A stretch of DNA of 64,000 nt from an uncultured Ruficoccus sp. (GCA_965140785.1 OZ223491.1:1-64000), one strand, 5' to 3'; positions 1 through 11,350 are shown, numbered from the stretch's first letter. The notes: generated by a model not told the origin, from the letters alone. Numbers and translations are program-made.

Positions 1-2988
1 CCGTCATAGTCCGCGCCCGGTTCGGGCCGTCGGTTCACCCGTGTCTTCCCCAAAAACCTCGTCACGCCAGACCCCGTAGGGGCTCAGTTGCGCGATCCAG
101 TCGCGGATGAGTGCCTGGGACTCGAGGGCGAGTGGGTCGTTGGGCCGCATACGGGTGCCGATCTGGGGGTTCGGCCGAGCCGATCTTTTCCATCAGGTAG
201 CTGCGGGCCGGGGAGCCGGGCTCGACCAGCTTGACCCCCACGCGCTTCCGTGCTGAGGCGGGTTGACCAACTCGTCAAAACTCGCCCCGGCCTGCAGGTC
301 GAGCCCGCCGCTGTTGGTCGCGATGTCATTGTGGCAGGCCACGCACTGCGAAGTAAAAATGGGCTGAATCTGGCTGGAAAAATCGACCGCCGGAGTTTCG
401 GGAATCCCCGACAGGTCATCCACCCCGCTGCCCTCCGTCGTAGAGACCGAGGACGAGGTTGACAGGATAAGCGCCGGTCGCCGACACGCTCACGGACTGC
501 GTCACCCTGCCGTAGATTTGCGTAGCCGTGTTCCTCGGAGCCCTGACCGTAAAATCCGCCCCGCTCGCGCTAGTGGGCAGAGCTAAATAAAAATAGCCCA
601 GCGCATCGAGGTCCAGCAGGTGGTTGACGCCCGTCGGTGCCGAGGGTGCACCGGCGCTGAAGTCGCGCCCGTCCCGCCACGGCGAAGGGAACCCCGTCCC
701 CGCCAGAGGCTGACCGCTGTCACGGCTGGCTGGCCAAGGGTATCCGTCACACGCCCGAGAATCGCTGTTTCGGCCAGGTGAAAGTCTGCGTTCAGATCAT
801 CGCCGGTCTCCAAATCGACTGCGAAACCACGCCAAAGCGGGACGAGCCCCTCTGCGTTACCCTCCCCGACAGAAACAACCATCCACGGCGAGCTCAGTTC
901 CACACTGGTATCGAGCGAGACCTCGCCGTTCGCCGGAAGCGCGAAGGCGTTACCGTCCGGGCCGGAGCCGCCCGCGGCCGGGGCAGGCGTCTCTCCGTCG
1001 GCCTGGTATAGATGGAGGCTGAGCCCGGCACCCGGCTCGGCGGAGGAGCCGCCGCTCTCATCGAAAACCGTCCCGGCCAGGGTCAGCGGCACGGTCTGGT
1101 AAACGGTCACGCTCGCCTCGGTTTCATCGCTCAGCCCCGCCGCATTGGTTACGTGGAGGCGCACGGTATAGACACCCGGCTCGGTAAAGGTGTGCTGCGG
1201 ATTGGGCTGGGTGGAGGTACCCGCCGTCGCCGAAATCCCAGGCCCAGGTGGCCAGCGTCGAATCCGGCGCGGTGGATGCATCGATAAAATCGACCGTGTA
1301 GGGGACCTCCCCACGGGCGGCTCCGTCGAGGGAAAAAGCGGCCACCGAGGCGGCTCGCCCCCCTGAAAGCGGATGCGCCCGAGCAGGTAGCCGTTACCGA
1401 CCGAGTCGCCCTGATTGCTGTCGGTGAAGTAGAGCGCGCCGTCCGGCCCCCTCGATCAAGCTGACGATATTGAAGCCCGAGAAGTTATCGAGAAAGGCCG
1501 CCCCCGGCGTCGCCGGGGATTCCTTCGATCGTATCCAGGTCCTCTCCGATCAGATTCCAGCGGCGGATTTCCTTGCGGTCGTCACCGCCGTACCGGGCTT
1601 GGTAGATGACCGGACCGGTCCGGAGCGGAAGGGGCCGCCACGCAGGATGACGACGCCCCGTGACGGAGGGATCCGTGGTGCGCAGGATGCGCCGCTTGCC
1701 ATCCGACGAGTCCCTCGGTAAACGTGTCCGGCCCAGCCTCCGTCGGCGCCTTTTTCAATGCGCACGAGCCGGTCGGTGCCGTCGCCGTTTTCCGAAAGAT
1801 AGACCACAGTCCGGAATGGGCGCGGCCGGATCGAAGGCGAAGCGAAAGGCGTTGCGAAAACTGTGCGCCCAGATGCGCGAGCGCACCGAATCCGGGTCGC
1901 CGTCCCAGAAGGGGGTTGTCGGACAGGCCCTCGCCGGTGGCGGCATCGACGCGCAGGAGCTTGCCATTGTACAGGTCGAGGTCATCGACGAGGAAGCGGT
2001 CGCCGTCGTCCCCCAGCATGACGTAAAGCGTAAAGGGGTCGTCGGGGTGAAAGTGGATGTCCCCGGCGTTGTGAACGGCGGTTGACGTTCGGCAGGCCAT
2101 CGAGCAGGACGACTTCCGAGCCCGGGCGTCATGGCCGTGAAACGTCTCATCCAGCGTAATACGCACCAGCCGCTTGGTCCGTGTCGGTGGAGTAAAACAG
2201 ATGAGACAAAGCGGTTGTTGGCGAAGTCCGGGTCCCAGTGCCCAGGGCCGAGCCAGGCCGCGCTCGCCGTCGGTGTTGACCTCGGTGCGCAGGTCCGCCA
2301 CCACGCCGGGCGGTGAAAAGTCACTGGCCGCTCCGCCGAGGGTCTGCCGGACGATGCCCGGCCCCTCCCACTCCACCGTGAGCGACTCGCCGCCACCGGC
2401 CTCGAAATACTCCACCACCACATTGTGCTCACCGGCGGTGAGCGTGATCTGGCCGGACTCTTCGATATTGCCGTGCGCCCCGTCGTTATCGACGACTTCG
2501 ACCCCGTCCACGCTCAGGCGGCTGCCGTCGTCCGAAGTGGTGTAAAAGGTGTAGTCCCCCGCCTCCGCAACGGTCAGCGTAGCCGTGTAGCGGATGGCGA
2601 AATTATCGTCGCGCAGGCGCGGCTCCAGAGTAAAACCTTCCACCGTCCCGGTGGCCACCGGACTGAGCGCATCGAAGTCAGGCAGGGCATTCCACTCCCC
2701 TTCGAAATACTGATAGGTGATCGGCACCGCCGGCATGTTATTGGGTTCAAAAAGCAACAGCCGCCCCTGCTTTTCGGTCACGTAAAGCCGGCCTTCACCG
2801 TCGAAGGCCATCGAGATCATGCCGTTGCCGCGGTAAACTTCCTCCTCAACGAAATTGGGGTCCGAAAAGACGCCCCACGCGCTTGCGGCCATGCCCGCCC
2901 AGAGGCAGGCCCAGCCGGGCAAACGGCGGATGAGAACAGACGCGATCGGAAAACCGACCGCCAAGCGGTGGAGAGAAGAGAGAGACAT
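1..2988 (-). CDS. Large secreted multidomain protein: glucose/sorbosone-dehydrogenase-like propeller with inserted PA14 domain, PKD domain and CxxCH cytochrome c domain; many frameshifts; runs off the window start
   Basis: Consecutive ORF pieces: PA14 (YTFYTTSDDGSRLSVDG..VDNDGAHG..VEYFEAGGGE), GSDH (HNAGDIHF..MLGDDG; IWAHSFRNAFRFAFDP; YLSENG), PKD (WAWDFGDG..PNPQHTFTEPGVYTVRLHVTN), cytochrome c (VDFSSQIQPIFTSQCVACH..VEPGSPARSYLMEKI). Confidence 0.7.
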
Positions 2989-3351
2989 AGGCCGGGGTAA
3001 GTTATTGCAAATTTATGCAACTTTTCCACCCGGCGTCAAGCCCAATCGGTTACGGCGTAATGACTCTGACCGTGCAGGCTACCTCCAACCGTGCCCCTTC
3101 ACATCAACCTAGAGCACTTTCGTTTTAATCCTCTGATTATTAAAATGTGCGTCATTTACCCTTATCTCAGGAATCACATTCGTTAAAGCCATGGCCTTGC
3201 AATCGATCATTGCGGCAGCCTTAGAGTCCGGGGTTTCCCGCAGCTTATGAGGACTGGAGGGGACCCCGCCCGTCACTTCAGAGCTTCCGCTTGCATAATC
3301 CATCCAAATGACTTCCATTAGCACGGCTTTCCAAATCCCCGTATCGTTTCT

Positions 3352-6300
3352 ATGAAAAAACTGCTCGCCGCTAACCGTAGTGAAATCGCCGTGCGCATCT
3401 TCCGAAGCGCCACCGAACTGGACATGCGCACCGTCGCCATCTATGCGCACGAGGACCGCTTCGGGGTCCATCGTTTCAAGGCGGACGAGGCTTACGAGGT
3501 CGGCAAGGACAAGGGTCCGGTAGCCGCCTATCTGGACATAGAGGGCATCATCACGCTGGCCCGCGAAAAGGGCGTCGAGCTCATTCACCCCGGCTACGGC
3601 TTTTTATCGGAAAACGCGGCCTTCGCCAGAGCCTGTCAGGACGCCGGCATCACCTTCGTCGGGCCCCGCCCCGAGCTGCTGGAGATGATGGGCGACAAGG
3701 TCCAGGCCCGCCGCGCGGCGGAAAAAGTCGGCGTCCCCACCCTGCCCGGCACACCCGACCCGATCAGCGATCCCAAGAAGGCGGTGAAAGCCGCCGAGCA
3801 GATCGGGTTCCCCCTGATTATCAAGGCCGCCCATGGCGGCGGCGGGCGCGGCATGCGCATCGTCCGCGACCCGAAGAAGCTTGTCTCTCTGCTGGAGGAA
3901 GCCCAGCACGAGGCCAAGGTCGCCTTTGGCAACCCGGAGGTCTTTCTGGAGCGCTACATCGCCAAGGCCAAGCACATCGAGGTGCAGATCATCGGCGACC
4001 AGCACGGCAACGTCCTGCACCTGCACGAGCGGGACTGCTCCGTCCAACGCCGCCACCAGAAGGTCGTTGAAATCGCCCCCTCGGTCGGCCTGCCCGACGA
4101 GGTGCGCCACGGCCTCTGCGAGGCCGCCGTCAAGCTGGCCAAGAGCATCCGCTACGACAATGCCGGGACCGTCGAGTTTCTCTACGACCAAGAGAGCCAG
4201 GAGTGGTTTTTCATCGAGATGAATCCGCGCGTGCAGGTCGAGCACACGGTGACCGAGGTCATCACCGGTCTCGACATCGTCCGCTCGCAGATCCTTATCG
4301 CCCAGGGCGAGCCCCTGCACGGCCCCGCCGTCAACCTGCCCGCTCAGGACGAGGTCGCCCGCCACGGCTTCGCCATCCAGTGCCGCATCACCACGGAGGA
4401 CCCGGAGAAGGACTTTTCGCCCGACTACGGCAAGATCATCAACTACCGCAGCGCCGCCGGGTTCGGTATCCGGCTGGACGGGGCCATGGGCGACACCGGG
4501 GCGGTCATCACGCCCTTCTACGACTCCCTGCTGGTCAAGCTCACTGCCTCCGACTCCACCTTCCAAGGGGCGATTCACCGCATGAACCGCGCCCTGCGCG
4601 AGATGCGCATCCGTGGGGTCAAGACCAACATCCCCTTCCTCGAAAACGTCATCGCCCACCCCGTTTTCGTCAAGGGCCGGGCCACCACCACGCTCATTGA
4701 TACCACGCCGGAGCTGTTCCGTTTCCCGCCCCGGCGCGACCGCGCGACCAAGCTCCTGCGCTACCTCGGGGAGGTCATCGTCAACGGCAACCCGCAGGTC
4801 AAGGGCCGCCCGCAGCCCGATTGCAACCTGCCGTTGATCGTGCCCGAGTGGGACCATAAGGCCCCCCCTGCCAACGGCACCCGCCAGCAGCTCCAAAAGC
4901 TCGGACCCGCCAAATTCGCCGAGTGGGTGCGCAAACAGAAGCGCCTGCTGGTGACCGACACCACCTTCCGCGACGCCCACCAGAGCCTGCTCGCCGCCCG
5001 CATCCGCAGCTACGACATGCTCCAGGTCGCCCCGGTCATGGCCCGTCGCCTGCCCAACCTCTTCAGTATGGAAATGTGGGGCGGCGCGACCTTTGACACC
5101 GCGATGCGCTTCCTGCACGAGTGCCCCTACGCCCGCCTGCGCGAGCTGCGCAAGCAGGTCCCCAATGTGCTCTTCCAAATGCTCCTGCGCGGGGCCAACG
5201 GCGTCGGCTACTCCAACTATCCCGACAACGTCGTGCGCGAATTCGTCAAGCACACCGCCGAGGCCGGAATCGACCTCTTCCGCGTTTTTGACAGCCTGAA
5301 CTACCTGCCCAACCTCAAAGTCGCCATCGAGGCCGTTACCCAGCACACCGACGCCCTCTGCGAGGCCGCCGTCTGCTACACCGGCGATATCCTCAACCCC
5401 GACCGGGCCAAGTATTCGCTGGAGTACTACGTGCGCCTGGCCAAGGAACTCGAGAAGATGGGCGCCCACCTGCTCGCGATCAAGGACATGGCCGGTCTGT
5501 GCCACCCGCTCGCCGCCGAAAAGCTGATCAAGACCCTCAAGCAGGAAGTCGGCATCCCCATCCACTTCCACACGCACGACAGCAGCGGCATCGCCAGCGC
5601 CAGCATTCTCAAGGCCACCGAAGCCGGGGCCGACATCGTGGACCTGGCCATTTCCTCCCTCTCCGGCCTGACCGCCCAGCCCAACCTCAACTCCATCGCG
5701 CACGCCCTGCGCCCCAGCCCGCGGGACACGCAGCTCGATCAGCAAACGCTCGACGAGCTCTCGATCTACTGGGAGGCCGTGCGCCAGTACTACGGCCCCT
5801 TCGACAGCTCGCCCAAGTTCGGCAGTGCCGAGGTTTACCGCCACGAGATGCCCGGCGGCCAGTACACCAACCTGCGCGAGCAGGCCACCGCGCTGGGCCT
5901 GGGCAAGCGCTGGCCCGAAGTCGTCCGCTACTACCGCGAGGTCAATCTCCTCCTTGGCGACATCGTCAAGGTCACCCCGTCGAGCAAGGTCGTGGGCGAC
6001 CTCGCGATTTTCCTCCTCTCCAAGGGCATCGAGCCGCGTGACATGCTCAATCTCGACCCCGGCTCGACCCCCTTCCCCGCCAGCGTGGTGGACATGCTCT
6101 CCGGTGGCCTCGGCCAGCCCGAGGGCGGTTGGCCCAAGCCGCTGCAAAAGATCGTCCTGGGCGACCGCAAGCCCTCCACCGGACGCCCCGGCGCGAAAGC
6201 GGCCAAGATCGACCTGAAAAAGGAAAAGGCCGAGCTGGCCAAGCGCCTGGAGCGCGATGTCAGCGACGACGACTTCTTCGACTATCTGATGTATCCCGAT

Positions 6301-6792
6301 GTCTTCACCAAGCTGGAAAAAGCCCGCGAGGACTACGGCTCGGTCTCCGCGCTGCCCACCCCGGCCTTTTTCTACGGCCTCAAGCTGGGCGAGGAAATTT
6401 CCGTGAACATCGAAGAGGGCAAGACGCTCTTCATCCGCTTCACCGGCCTGGGCGAACCCGACGAGGAGGGCGTGCGCACCCTCACCTTTGAGCTGAACGG
6501 GCGCGCCCGCGAGACCTTCGTCAATGACGCCGCGATCAAGCCCGCCACCGAGCACCGCCCGCAGGCCGACCCGTCGGACCCCAAGCAGGTCGCCGCGCCC
6601 ATCCCCGGCATGATCAGTGGCCTCAACGCCACCGTCGGCCAGAAGGTCGCCAAGGGCGACCGGCTCGCCGTCATCGAGGCCATGAAGATGCAGACCACCG
6701 TTTATGCCCCGAAAAGCGGAGTGGTGGACGACATTCTCGTCAAAATGGGCGATAGCGTGCAGACCAAGGATCTCCTCGTCCGCCTACGCTGA
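3352..6792 (+). CDS. pyc: Pyruvate carboxylase
   Basis: Biotin carboxylase (ANRSEIA, HPGYGFLSEN, RDCSVQRRHQKV), carboxyltransferase (DTTFRDAHQSL, HEMPGGQYTNL) and biotin carrier (EAMKM); 1146 aa. Confidence 0.98.
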   Translation: MKKLLAANRSEIAVRIFRSATELDMRTVAIYAHEDRFGVHRFKADEAYEVGKDKGPVAAYLDIEGIITLAREKGVELIHPGYGFLSENAAFARACQDAGITFVGPRPELLEMMGDKVQARRAAEKVGVPTLPGTPDPISDPKKAVKAAEQIGFPLIIKAAHGGGGRGMRIVRDPKKLVSLLEEAQHEAKVAFGNPEVFLERYIAKAKHIEVQIIGDQHGNVLHLHERDCSVQRRHQKVVEIAPSVGLPDEVRHGLCEAAVKLAKSIRYDNAGTVEFLYDQESQEWFFIEMNPRVQVEHTVTEVITGLDIVRSQILIAQGEPLHGPAVNLPAQDEVARHGFAIQCRITTEDPEKDFSPDYGKIINYRSAAGFGIRLDGAMGDTGAVITPFYDSLLVKLTASDSTFQGAIHRMNRALREMRIRGVKTNIPFLENVIAHPVFVKGRATTTLIDTTPELFRFPPRRDRATKLLRYLGEVIVNGNPQVKGRPQPDCNLPLIVPEWDHKAPPANGTRQQLQKLGPAKFAEWVRKQKRLLVTDTTFRDAHQSLLAARIRSYDMLQVAPVMARRLPNLFSMEMWGGATFDTAMRFLHECPYARLRELRKQVPNVLFQMLLRGANGVGYSNYPDNVVREFVKHTAEAGIDLFRVFDSLNYLPNLKVAIEAVTQHTDALCEAAVCYTGDILNPDRAKYSLEYYVRLAKELEKMGAHLLAIKDMAGLCHPLAAEKLIKTLKQEVGIPIHFHTHDSSGIASASILKATEAGADIVDLAISSLSGLTAQPNLNSIAHALRPSPRDTQLDQQTLDELSIYWEAVRQYYGPFDSSPKFGSAEVYRHEMPGGQYTNLREQATALGLGKRWPEVVRYYREVNLLLGDIVKVTPSSKVVGDLAIFLLSKGIEPRDMLNLDPGSTPFPASVVDMLSGGLGQPEGGWPKPLQKIVLGDRKPSTGRPGAKAAKIDLKKEKAELAKRLERDVSDDDFFDYLMYPDVFTKLEKAREDYGSVSALPTPAFFYGLKLGEEISVNIEEGKTLFIRFTGLGEPDEEGVRTLTFELNGRARETFVNDAAIKPATEHRPQADPSDPKQVAAPIPGMISGLNATVGQKVAKGDRLAVIEAMKMQTTVYAPKSGVVDDILVKMGDSVQTKDLLVRLR

Positions 6793-6838
6793 GCGAGGGC
6801 GGCGGGAGACACCCGCGACGCGTTTTCAAGGGAGGTTG

Positions 6839-6904
6839 AACCACGGATTTCACGATAGCACGGGTGCGGCACGTTATCTGTGCCCATCCGTGTCATCAGC
6901 GGTT
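6839..6904. repeat. REP-like imperfect palindrome of CACGGAT-type units
   Basis: Left arm aaccacggatttcacgatagcacgg; right arm atctgtgcccatccgtgtcatcagcggtt (revcomp aaccgctgatgacacggatgggcacagat); intergenic after pyc. Confidence 0.6.
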
Positions 6905-7019
6905 TATTTCCGATTCTCAAAAGTGAGCGGGAGAGGGATAAACCCTGAGCAGCCTTTGCCCGACCGCCGCGTTTCGGAAAACCCTTTTATGCTGAGGCGG
7001 CCTGCGGTAAGGTAGGGGC

Positions 7020-8717
7020 GTGACAGGCATCGACTATACCATCGTGGCCGCGTATCTGGTGGGGCTGCTCGCGCTGGGCGCGTATCTGTCCAAGCGCGCC
7101 TCGGCCAGTAGCGAGGAGTACTTCCTGGGCGGACAGAAACTGCCCTGGTGGGCGCTGGGCGCCTCCGGCATGTCGAGCAATCTCGATGTCGCCGGGACCA
7201 TGACCATCGTCACGCTGCTGTACGTCTTCGGGCTGCACGGGTTCTTTATCGAAATGCGCGGCGGGGTCGTGCTGCCGATCGCGGTCTTCGTCGCCTTCAT
7301 GGGCAAGTGGCACCGCCGCAGCGCGGTCATGACCACCGCGGAGTGGATGCAGCTGCGCTTCGGCAAGGGGACGCAGGGCCAGGCCGCCCGCATGACGGCC
7401 GCCGTCACCTACCTCGTCATCACGGTCGGGATGGTGGTCTTTTTCCTCGGCGCGGCGGGGAAGTTCCTGGCGGTCTTCCTGCCCTTCAGTCCCTTGCAGT
7501 GCCAGGTGGGCATGCTGGTCATCGCGCTGGTCTATACCATGATGAGCGGCCTCTACGGGGTGGTCTGGACGGATGTCATCCAGAGCCTGCTCATCGGCGG
7601 GGCGGCTATTTATGTGGCCGTCGTAGCCGGCCTGGAATATTCCCCGGCGCTGGCCGAGCAATGGCCCGGGGCGCAGTTCAACCAGTTCCTGCCCCGCCTC
7701 TATGACGAGGGCCTGGCCACGGGCGGCCAGGACTACCGGCTGTTCGGACTCTTCCTGCTTTTCTGGATCGGCAAGGGCCTGCTCGAAGGACTCGGGGGCA
7801 GCGGCGGCAGCGCCTACATGGCCCAGCGCTTTTACGCCGCCCGCGTGCCGGAAGACGGCCTCAAGATCGGCATGCTCTGGACGGTCCTCTTCGCCTTCCG
7901 CTGGCCCATGGTGATCGGTTTCGCCATCCTGGCGGTGGCGCTCGGCGTCGGCCAGGAAGACCCGGAGCGCGCCCTGCCCGAGGTGCTGCTCTCGGACTAC
8001 TTCCCGGCGGGTATCCGGGGCATTGTGTTGGCGGCCATGCTCGCTGCGGCCATGTCCACTTTTGACAGCACGATCAACGCCGGAGCCTCCTATGTGGTCA
8101 AAGACCTGTGGCAGCCGCTGCGCAAGAAGGCCGGTCAGCGCGAACTCGTCGCCGTCGGCTACGTCGCCTCCGCCCTCATCGTGGGGCTCGGGCTCCTGCT
8201 CGCCCTCCAGGTCGAGAGCGTGGTCGATGTCTGGGTGGTTATTGTCATCGGGCTTTTCCCCGCCTTTCTCGTGCCCTTCGCCCTGCGCTGGTACTGGGAG
8301 CGATTCAACGGGGCGGGTTTCACCATCGGTGTGGGGGCGGGTTTCCTCACCGCGCTCATCGTTAGCACCGTCGGCCAAAGCTGGGGCCTGAGCGAAGTTG
8401 TCATGCTCGGGCTGATCACCGGCGTTTCCTTCGCCGCCTCCGTGGTGGGCACGCTCTGCACCCCCGAAACACCGCTCGTCGTGCGCGAAGCCTTTTACCA
8501 CAAAATCCGCCCCTGGGGCCGGTGGAACCCCGACTGGAAAAGCGCCGACCGCGACGAGCACACCGGGGACTTCCTCCGCCTCGCCGCCGCGCTGCTCTGG
8601 CAGATCGCGACCTTTTTGCTGCCCATGGCCGCCGTGCTGCACGCGTGGACGGCTTTCGCCGTACTGTTAGCCCTCTGGTTACTCAGTGGCTGGCGCTTGC
8701 TGCGCGACTGGCGCTGA
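7020..8717 (+). CDS. Sodium:solute symporter (SSS) family transporter
   Basis: IDYTIVAAYL..EEYFLGGQKLPWW, GLYGVVWTDVIQ, AAAMSTFDSTIN; multi-TM. Confidence 0.93.
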   Translation: MTGIDYTIVAAYLVGLLALGAYLSKRASASSEEYFLGGQKLPWWALGASGMSSNLDVAGTMTIVTLLYVFGLHGFFIEMRGGVVLPIAVFVAFMGKWHRRSAVMTTAEWMQLRFGKGTQGQAARMTAAVTYLVITVGMVVFFLGAAGKFLAVFLPFSPLQCQVGMLVIALVYTMMSGLYGVVWTDVIQSLLIGGAAIYVAVVAGLEYSPALAEQWPGAQFNQFLPRLYDEGLATGGQDYRLFGLFLLFWIGKGLLEGLGGSGGSAYMAQRFYAARVPEDGLKIGMLWTVLFAFRWPMVIGFAILAVALGVGQEDPERALPEVLLSDYFPAGIRGIVLAAMLAAAMSTFDSTINAGASYVVKDLWQPLRKKAGQRELVAVGYVASALIVGLGLLLALQVESVVDVWVVIVIGLFPAFLVPFALRWYWERFNGAGFTIGVGAGFLTALIVSTVGQSWGLSEVVMLGLITGVSFAASVVGTLCTPETPLVVREAFYHKIRPWGRWNPDWKSADRDEHTGDFLRLAAALLWQIATFLLPMAAVLHAWTAFAVLLALWLLSGWRLLRDWR

Positions 8718-8793
8718 GCGGACACGTAAGCCCATCGGCCAAGTCCAAGCCCGGCCAAAGATTAAACAATTACGACGCTGGCAGCATGGGCAA

Positions 8794-8937
8794 GTCATCC
8801 TGTGGGCACGCCGAGGGATGACCGGTCCGGGGCCCGGGATAGTTCCTCACAGATGTGCTGGACGAGGAGATCCTTCGGCTCGCAGCGCTCGCCCAGAATG
8901 ACAACCGTGTCCCCGGGTAGTCAAACAACCCGGGGCT
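8794..8937. repeat. REP-like palindromic elements between convergent genes (GTCATCCTG...CAGAATGAC, then a ccccgggt/acccgggg hairpin)
   Basis: gtcatcctg at 8794 pairs with cagaatgac at 8894-8902, with internal gagatccttcgg; second hairpin at 8911-8935. Confidence 0.55.
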
Positions 8938-8995
8938 GAATGCGGTTGCCCTGCCAGATCAGACAGGACTCATACCGAGATAGGCAAACACCGTC

Positions 8996-11296
8996 TTAGT
9001 CCTCGTCCTCGGTCTTATCGCCCTGCTTCTCGAAGACGGCCTTGTCCGCGAGAGAGACGTGGCCCTCGACCATACCGTTATCGAGCGGATTGTCGATACG
9101 GGCGGCGAGGTCGCGGAAGAGCTTGCGGATGTCGATGATGCCGCCGATGAGGAACCAGACCGTGGAGATAATGCCCAGAATGGCCGTCACCCACAGGCTG
9201 GTCACGAGGAAGTACTTACTCCACCACAGCGTCGGCCACGGTGAAATCAGATTCCAGATCAGGACCCCGACGAAGCACAGGCCGAACTTGTAAACAATCG
9301 CATAGCCGAAGACGGACCAGGCGATGATCTTGTCGCCGAGCGTGTATTCCGGTGTGATGCCGATCAGCTTCTGGGCGGCATTGCGCAGGCTCCACTTGAA
9401 AGGCGCTTTGTACTCGTGGGCAACGTCGTATTTGCCGCGGTGCAGCAGGCGGTCGAGATTGAACGGCTTGCGTTGCGTGAGCGCCGAACCGATCACATAG
9501 GCGGCAATCCCGCTCACCATCGCCATGAAGTACAGCTCGTAGGAGTTGATGGGGAATTTCACCGGATTCATCTCCCAGACGATATACGGGTTAAAGGGAT
9601 GCGACACGGTCTTCAGGAAATGGTCCGCCGGCACCACCCAGTCGTGCTTATCGAGCCAGGGGTAGACAGTTTCGGCCCAGCTGCGTTGCAGGATCAGGCC
9701 CATGAAGGAGAGGCCGGAACCGAAAATCAGCGCCCCGAAGGCGCCGACCGAGTTACCGAAACGGCTGTAGAGCCCGAAGATCATGATGGGACCGGCTCCA
9801 CCCAGCCAGAGCCCCGTCATGATGACGAGAAACATCTGGATGTAGTCGAGCTGCACAAAGAAAATCGAGACGACAAAGAAAAAGATACAGACGCAGACCG
9901 AGGATATTCGCAATACCATCACGTGCTGACGCGGAGTGAAGGGCTTTTTCTTGAATGGTAGAATAATGTCCTGAATGATCGTCGAGGAGGCGTTGAAGAC
10001 GCGGGAGTCGTCGGTCGAGAGCAGCAACATGACCATCAGCAGGCAGAACAAGCCCATCAAGCCGACCGGCAGAAGATTTTTCAAGGCCACCGGCAGCATC
10101 ATCTGATGATAGAGCGTTCGGAACTTCTGAAACTGCTGATTGCCCTCCGGCGAACCGGCCAGGGTATCCCGGGCGCGCTCCATGTATGCGGTGTCCATGT
10201 TGTTGTCACGCGAGAGCGGAGCGTCCACACCGATTTCATGCTCTTGCACCGGGATTTGAGCGAGGCTGCCGTTGAGCTGTTCCCGCAGCATGGGGTCGCT
10301 CACGGCCTCATTGGCGACTTTCTGAGTCAGCTCCTGGCGGATGCCGTAGCTCTGATCCGCGTATTTCTGGTGCGTCATCAGGGCGATGATCATCACCGCG
10401 ATCAGGAGCATCATCAGCTGTGAGTAGAGCACACGCCAGGTCCCAAGGATACCGGCCATCTTCTGCTCGTGGGGCGTGCGTCCGCTGCTGGTAGTATCGT
10501 TACCGATCCAGCTGGCCCGGTTGAGCATGCTACCCATGATCGTGACGAAGAGCGCGAAGATATTGAAGTCGCGGAGCTTCTCGATATCGAAGGGGTTGAT
10601 GAAGCTCTCGCCGTTGGCCCGGTCCATCATGACCGGCCCAATCGTGTCGCTCCAGCCAAAGTGCAGGAAAACATATCCGGCGATAACGACAAAAATCGGA
10701 TAGCTCATCAGGCCTTGAAAGGCATCGGAAATCAGCAGCGAGATACGCCCGGCCGGCCAGATAACCACCATACACAGGCACAGCGACAGGGCCACCACCA
10801 GACCGAAAGTCGGCATATTCACGCCGAAGATCATCACCTGGTGCGGGAGGCCGAGGAAGTAGATGAAGAAGTTGGCCGCCACCGCCGGACCGATCGCATT
10901 GGTCACCATCTCCGAAATCGTCCGGATCGTGGCGGCAACGATACGCAGGGGGCGGTTGTAGCGCATCTCCAGAAACTGGCCGATAGACAGCGAGCGGGTT
11001 TCACGGAAACGGTACACGCAGTACCCGGTCAGGCCCATGATGATGCCGACCGGCACCGTTAGGTATTCCCAAAAAGTCAGCGCATAGCCGACCTGGTACT
11101 TGGCCTCAACCAGAGCCACCAGCGTGATCACACTCATCCCGGCGGTCAGGTCCCCCGCCGAAATCACATAGCGGCCCGCCACACGACCCGCTGCCAGGTA
11201 ATCGACGACCCCACGGATAAATTTCCGGCTATATACGGCCAGAAAGAGGACTATGGAAACGGGAACTATAGTGATGAGCCAATCAATCCAATGCAT
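8996..11296 (-). CDS. Large SSS-family sodium:solute symporter (PVC type)
   Basis: MHWIDWLI..DYLAAGRVAGRY, QFLEMRY, LSTDDS; paralog of 37731..39788. Confidence 0.88.
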   Translation of the reverse strand: MHWIDWLITIVPVSIVLFLAVYSRKFIRGVVDYLAAGRVAGRYVISAGDLTAGMSVITLVALVEAKYQVGYALTFWEYLTVPVGIIMGLTGYCVYRFRETRSLSIGQFLEMRYNRPLRIVAATIRTISEMVTNAIGPAVAANFFIYFLGLPHQVMIFGVNMPTFGLVVALSLCLCMVVIWPAGRISLLISDAFQGLMSYPIFVVIAGYVFLHFGWSDTIGPVMMDRANGESFINPFDIEKLRDFNIFALFVTIMGSMLNRASWIGNDTTSSGRTPHEQKMAGILGTWRVLYSQLMMLLIAVMIIALMTHQKYADQSYGIRQELTQKVANEAVSDPMLREQLNGSLAQIPVQEHEIGVDAPLSRDNNMDTAYMERARDTLAGSPEGNQQFQKFRTLYHQMMLPVALKNLLPVGLMGLFCLLMVMLLLSTDDSRVFNASSTIIQDIILPFKKKPFTPRQHVMVLRISSVCVCIFFFVVSIFFVQLDYIQMFLVIMTGLWLGGAGPIMIFGLYSRFGNSVGAFGALIFGSGLSFMGLILQRSWAETVYPWLDKHDWVVPADHFLKTVSHPFNPYIVWEMNPVKFPINSYELYFMAMVSGIAAYVIGSALTQRKPFNLDRLLHRGKYDVAHEYKAPFKWSLRNAAQKLIGITPEYTLGDKIIAWSVFGYAIVYKFGLCFVGVLIWNLISPWPTLWWSKYFLVTSLWVTAILGIISTVWFLIGGIIDIRKLFRDLAARIDNPLDNGMVEGHVSLADKAVFEKQGDKTEDED

Positions 11297-11350
11297 GAGG
11301 GGGGGGGTCTGTTTGCGAAAACGAAAAGTGTTATGGTAGAACGAATTACA

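Noticed and set aside
3604..6555. 983-aa minus-strand ORF and similar long antisense ORFs (6987..8642, 11984..14050, 32713..34275, 34620..36059, 38346..39797)
   Set aside because: These are shadows of GC-rich genes on the opposite strand and show no recognisable motifs.
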